This document shows, piece by piece, positions 49,022 to 54,030 of a DNA stretch of 54,030 nucleotides; position 1 is the first letter of the stretch; every line of letters begins with the position of its first letter. Location of the stretch: positions 38,678,178-38,732,207 of the forward strand of contig NC_068988.1 in the NCBI RefSeq assembly GCF_001194135.2. Reading direction: 5' to 3'. A program made the translations under genes and the position numbers. A model generated the notes under the pieces. It saw only the letters and a list, made by a program, of their open reading frames with translations. It was not told the DNA's origin and made no database searches. This DNA comes from Octopus bimaculoides. Lineage: Eukaryota.

Positions 49022-49531
49022 CTAATTGACACCCTCAAATTTGATATGATCTTCAAGATGAGTTAGCAATAGTCACTGGAGTATTATTCTTGCATAATTT
49101 AATAAAAGCAGGGATGCTTCAAGTCACGTGATTATAGTCATCAGATTTCCAGCAACTGATATTACTTATTTCACTTTCTTTTTTTATGTGTGTGTGAGTG
49201 TGTGTGTGTGCGTGTAGACACGTGGTGTGTGAGAATGTATATATGTATGCATATATATGAATCTATCTATCTATCTATACACACACGCACGCACACGCAC
49301 ACACACACTCACACATATCATCATTTCATCATCATTTAACTTCTGTTTTCCATGCTGAAATAGGTTGGTTATGTGTGTGTGTGTGGTTGTGTGTGTGTGT
49401 GTGCGTGTGTGTGGATACATATATTTTATTTTATTTTTATTTTACTTAGTTCAGTCATTTGACTGCAGCCACACCAGTTGTCAAGCGGTGATGCGGAGAG
49501 GACAAACACAGATACAAACACACACACATAC

Positions 49532-49570
<39 letters not shown>

Positions 49571-49759
49571 CATCATTATTTAACATCTGCTTTCCATGCT
49601 GATGTGGGTTGGATGGTTTGATTGAGAACTGGTGAGCTGGAAGGTTTCATCAGGCTCCAATCTGATTTGGCAAGGTTTCTACAGCTAGATGCCCTTCCTA
49701 ACGCCAACCACTCCAAGAGTTTAGTAGATACTTTTTATGTGCCACTGGTAAGTAAGAAC

Positions 49760-50407
49760 TTTTCAGAGTGTTTTGGGTGTCAATCTGAGGACTGCAATCT
49801 GAGGACATGTACCGAGAGTAATAAAAATCAAGCATCCAGTCAACTTCATGGTGTTTGGAGTGATCACTAGTGATGGTGACGCTAAGCCTCCATTTCTCCT
49901 CCCACACGGCCTCAGACTCAACATGGAAGCCAGCATCAAGTATCTGGAGGAGGTAATGCTGCCCTGGGTCAAGAGGGTGGATGCTGGAAGACCCTATGTC
50001 TGGCAACAGGACTCTGCACCATGCCACACAAGCAAGAGAACCCAGTTATGGCAATTTCTGCGACCACATCACCCCTAACATCTGAACACTTAACTCCCCA
50101 GACTGCAACCCCTTTGATTATTATGTGTGAGATGCAGTGGAGCGAGAGACCTTGTAACACCAAAGATGAACTGAAGGCAAGGATTATGGCAGCATTCATC
50201 AATTTAAACAAGGAGACCATCCAGAAGAGTTGCTGGAGATTCTGAAATCATCTGGTTGAAACCAATGGCGATTTTATTGAATAAATTTTCTCATTAGTAT
50301 TTCAAGATATTTTTATGTAATTTTGGGAAATATATCTGTTAAAATGAGATGTGAGTGTTATTTTCGTTTTTGCATAATTTAGATGACAGTTTATTTACTG
50401 CACCCTG
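49760..50407 (+). pseudogene. Internally deleted maT (DD37D-like) transposon, catalytic half and 3' TIR
   Basis: MVFGVITSDG..YVWQQDSAPCHTSK..NSPDCNPFDYYV; spacing consistent with 37 residues once the frameshifting deletion is restored; TIR ..GACAGTTTATTTACTGCACCCTG. Confidence 0.88.
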
Positions 50408-50424
50408 TGTATATATGTATATAT

Positions 50425-50590
50425 ACAACAGGCTTCTCTCAGTTTCCATCTACCAAATCCACTCACAGGGCTTTGTTAATTCTGAGGCTATAATAGAGGA
50501 CACTTGCCCAAGGTACCATGTAGTGGGACTGAACCTGAAACCATATGGTTTGGAAGCAAACTTCTTAACACACAGCCATGCCTGCACCTA
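50425..50590 (-). mobile_element. SINE S1 head (similar copy at 47215-47345)
   Basis: Reverse of GTGCAGGCATGGCTGTGTG..GGTTCAGTCCCAC. Confidence 0.8.
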
Positions 50591-50704
50591 TATATACAGA
50601 CGTGTATATATGTTTATATTTGCTTACATATGGATACGTGTGTGTGTGTATGTTTGTGTAAATCATATTCATATGTAATCATGTATTTGTATATGTATTC
50701 ACAT

Positions 50705-50930
50705 TTGGCAGCAGTGTGGCATTTGAAAGTACGTAATTGTACAAATGTCTCCCAGAAGGATTTTAAAATATGACCAAATTTCCCCTGAGACTTTTTAAAA
50801 GTTATCTTGATGTACTGCTCCATAACCAACTAAACCAGCCATCTGCCAAGTGCTACAACCTAAACAGGGCAACCTCTCCCACATTCGTCCACCACCAAGT
50901 GATGCACATACACTGTAAACTCAAACAGAC
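50705..50930 (+). pseudogene. CR1/L2-type LINE ORF2 C-terminal remnant
   Basis: VAFES..YKCLPEGF*NMT..LFKSYLDVLLHNQLNQPSAKCYNLNRA, resembling the FNxLPxxIRN..FKxxLDxxL..DQP..RAA ending. Confidence 0.5.
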
Positions 50931-51218
50931 TCATTGGGAACAAATCCAGACAATACAATAAACACAGAGCATACATACATACATAGAAACAAGCAAACAA
51001 AAATACCCTGTTGTTGATGTTGAAATTCCAATGAAGGAGCCTTGAATCTAAGTTAGAAACTGGCTCTTTCTCTGTTGGCAAGAAATCTTGAAATAAAGCT
51101 GAACAATGACATACAGATAATATGCATGTGTGTGTGTGTGTGTATTTTACGTATAATGTATATACATGCACGCATATATATGTAATATGCACATATATAA
51201 TACACATATTTACATAGT

Positions 51219-51221
<3 letters not shown>

Positions 51222-51311
<90 letters not shown>
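51222..51311. repeat. Long pure (TA)n
   Basis: Direct inspection. Confidence 0.95.
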
Positions 51312-51316
<5 letters not shown>

Positions 51317-52724
51317 TGTACAAGTGAGTGGACAAATCAATGAAAAAGGAACTCAATACATTTTGTAGGAGTTACATATATTATTACTTAAAATAGTTTG
51401 ATTTGACCCTGTGCAACTTGAAGTTTCATATGTTTGTCACAATCCATTCTTGGAGAGCTGTAGTCTGAGCCCTATGAGATAGGTTCCTGTGATGAGCCTA
51501 TGAGATGTATGTATGTATAAAGATTTCAGTATACCCTGTAAAGTGTTTGGTGTTAGGAAGAGCATCCATTTGTGGAAACTATTCTAAGTGGAAATTGGAG
51601 CATGTTGCAGTCTTCTGACTTTTAAGATCCTGTCAAACCATGGAAGCTGGACTTTAAATAATGACGATTGTTATGATAGTGAAGATTATAGGAATATATC
51701 AATATAATGTAACAATATATGTGTGTGTGTGTGTATGCTCACACACACACACACACACATCAAGGAAAGGACTGAAGACATTGATGCTCTGAGAAGTAAC
51801 CTTTAATGAGTTATTTTTTTAGAAAATAATATCAATTTTTATACACAACATATACCATGATCATCATAATCATCATTTAATTGGTCACTTTTCCATGCTT
51901 GCATAGGTCAGATGGAATTTGTTAAGGCAAATCTTTTTCAGCTGGATGCCCTTCTGGTTACTAATCCTCAATCGTTTCCATGCAGAACAATATAATTTAG
52001 AAGAAAGTAATTGCAATTTAACAAAATTTAGTCCAACACTTCAGAAATTGCCTGTTATGGACTGTCCATAGGACTTTATCTACATGTGTAAGCACTATTG
52101 AGGTATTGCAAGTCCTCACCATCCAGTCACCCCATTGGTCTCCACTATACATTCTAGAGGTCAGTGATGCATTCCATTATATTCAGTTGGAAAGTACAAG
52201 CTAAAAAAAAAAAAAAAACTATCAGTAAATAATGTTTCCTCAGTTTTTGTCTTTAAGACTAATATTTAATGTGAAGTATATTTCTTGAGAATGTCACAGA
52301 TAACTACAGACTTGTGTTTTGTATACTGTCAGATGTCTATTAACACATCTATCACTGCTGTTATCTACACCACTGTCACAACTGCTAGCTGTTTATGAGT
52401 CACTGCTATTTCTGTAGAGAGGTTCATCTCCATCCATTTCTTTATTGATTCCATATTTTTTTTTTAATGCTTTAGCTATCATTTCTTCTCTCATATTTAC
52501 TCGTGCTGTTTTCACCCATCAACATACCTGTGTAATATTAGTAGGTCGCTTCAGTCACCCTGTTACTAAATTCCCTGCAGTCATTCGCTTGCTCCACTCA
52601 TCTCACATAAAGCACATGAATGGCTTGTTGACTGAAACATCCAGTCATAACCCTTGGAAATTACTGTCATGAGTCCTAGGACGGACTCATAGGGCTAGGG
52701 GCTAGCTGAGATCATAACATTTTC

Positions 52725-52902
52725 CCCACTGAACAGGATGCCAGTCCTCCACAGGTTTACTCATTTATAGGTGAGTGAACTGGAGCAATGTGAAATGACA
52801 TGTTTTACTCAAGAACACAACATACTGCCCGGTCTAGGAATTGAAACCATGATCTTGCGATTGTGAGTGCAACAGCCTAACCACTAGGTCATGTGCCTTC
52901 AC
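52725..52902 (-). mobile_element. SINE S2 5' half
   Basis: GAGTGAACTGGAGCAATGTGAAAT..CAAGAACACAAC..AACCACTAGGTCATG. Confidence 0.75.
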
Positions 52903-53184
52903 CTGGTTGTATCTGTGATGTCAAATTGTAGGGGATAACTGTTTGCTAGTTTTCATTTGAGCATCCTTTGGTACAAGTTCTCTAAATGCCAAATCAGTAG
53001 TCAGCTGATTGCTAACCAGTAATCAGCTTTCCCTGCTGATTGTCAACCAGTAGTCAGCTGGTCAATATGTCTTTGTTTACATCAATTTGGCAATTTCCTT
53101 AAAGAAAGAGGGAAAGGGCGTTAGTCAGCAGGTAGCAGACAGCAGGCACTTACTTTCTCTCTCTCTCTCTCTCTCTCTTAAAAA

Positions 53185-53385
53185 CACATGTGTCTGTGTT
53201 TTCCGCCCCAACATCGCTTGACAACAGATGGTGGTGTGTTTACGTCCCCGTAACTTAGCGGTTCGGCAAAAAAAAACCGATAGAATAAGTACTAGACTTA
53301 CAAAGAATAAGTCCTGGGGTCGATCTGCTCGACTAAAGGCGGTGCTCCAGCATGGCCGCAGTCAAATGAATGAAAAGAGTAAAGA
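53185..53385 (+). mobile_element. SINE S1 tail A, well preserved
   Basis: CpG-retaining copy of the tail; inverted homolog at 53830-53990. Confidence 0.85.
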
Positions 53386-53537
53386 GTATGTTTATTTATT
53401 TATCCTCTCTTCGGTTCGAGGTGCTTCGCGTGCGGGCGTTCGTAACAGTATTTTACAGAAATAAGAGAAATGGTTATAAAAAAAACTATAAATACCGATC
53501 GGTTTATAAGCCCTAAAATTCAGTCTGTAATTGCTCA

Positions 53538-53617
53538 CAGGCATGTAGCGTAATGGTTAAGAGCATGAGCTACTAACCCCAAGATTCCGAGTTTAATTCC
53601 AGGCAGTGCCTTGAATA

Positions 53618-53648
<31 letters not shown>

Positions 53649-53800
53649 TCAGCAAAAAATACCTTAGGAATGAGAACCCAGGGTTTGGTTCAAAATTCTA
53701 CCAGGACACCTGATGAAGGCTGGAGAGTAAATCAGCTGAAACGTTGTGGTAACAACAAACAAGATGAGAACACGTATCCGTCCAATGTAAATAATGTGAT
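53538..53800 (+). mobile_element. tRNA-headed SINE with hammerhead tail (second copy)
   Basis: Homologous over head, (AAT)n and tail to 27336-27577. Confidence 0.85.
53705..53750 (+). ncRNA. Minimal type-I hammerhead motif, core intact
   Basis: GACAC-CUGAUGA-A-GGCUG..CAGCU-GAAAC-GUU-GUGGU; palindromic ACGU stem III. Confidence 0.6.
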
Positions 53801-53999
53801 ATTTTTTTTAGTTGAATGAATTGACCTCAGTACCTATTTCTTTTATTTTTTTTTAAGCCTGTCACTTATTCTGTTGATCTCTTTTGCTGAACCATTAAGT
53901 TATGTAAGCATAAACACATCAACACCAGTTGTCCAACAGTAGTGTAGTGGAGGACAAACACAGACTCAAAAATATGCACACACACACACATATACATAC

Positions 54000-54030
<31 letters not shown>

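Noticed and set aside
44618-50407. maT 5' and 3' pieces as ends of one composite transposon
   Set aside because: The pieces are on opposite strands and both TIR outer ends face the same direction.
52455-52670. Strong minus-strand donor CAG|GTATGT near 52518
   Set aside because: All upstream frames are closed for every plausible acceptor; no evidence for a UTR exon.
1-54030. ORF-track entries with CV/YI/HT/X runs, including the 300-500 aa ORFs at 28896-30403
   Set aside because: They are translations of microsatellites and N gaps.
1-54030. CRISPR array, rRNA or prokaryotic systems
   Set aside because: No repeat-spacer pattern, rRNA-like sequence or gene-dense segment seen.

Overview
AT-rich, gap-containing animal scaffold packed with (TA)n/(CA)n/(ATC)n microsatellites and tRNA-derived SINEs. 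From memory, the repeat families look like Octopus/coleoid ones (inference, not searched). I found no confidently identifiable host gene, only two weak exon candidates. Nearly all ORF-track entries are microsatellite or N artefacts. Recognisable coding remnants are all transposon-derived: RTE, R4/Dong-like and CR1-like LINE ends, a Penelope-like GIY-YIG fragment, mariner, maT (DD37D) and hAT transposases. The standout signal is a set of at least seven unrelated short non-coding repeats that each carry hammerhead-ribozyme (HHR) motifs. Five are type-I HHRs with self-complementary stem III, the dimer-cleaving form known from Penelope-like elements (PLEs). Four of those sit in elements with inverted terminal arms that mimic MITEs, and one of these four is a tRNA-headed SINE. 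Two further families show the three HHR strands in a non-canonical permuted order. Most of these elements end at (TA)n tracts. All folds were paired by eye and no activity is shown. Repeat boundaries are approximate to about 10-20 bp unless a TIR or TSD fixes them.
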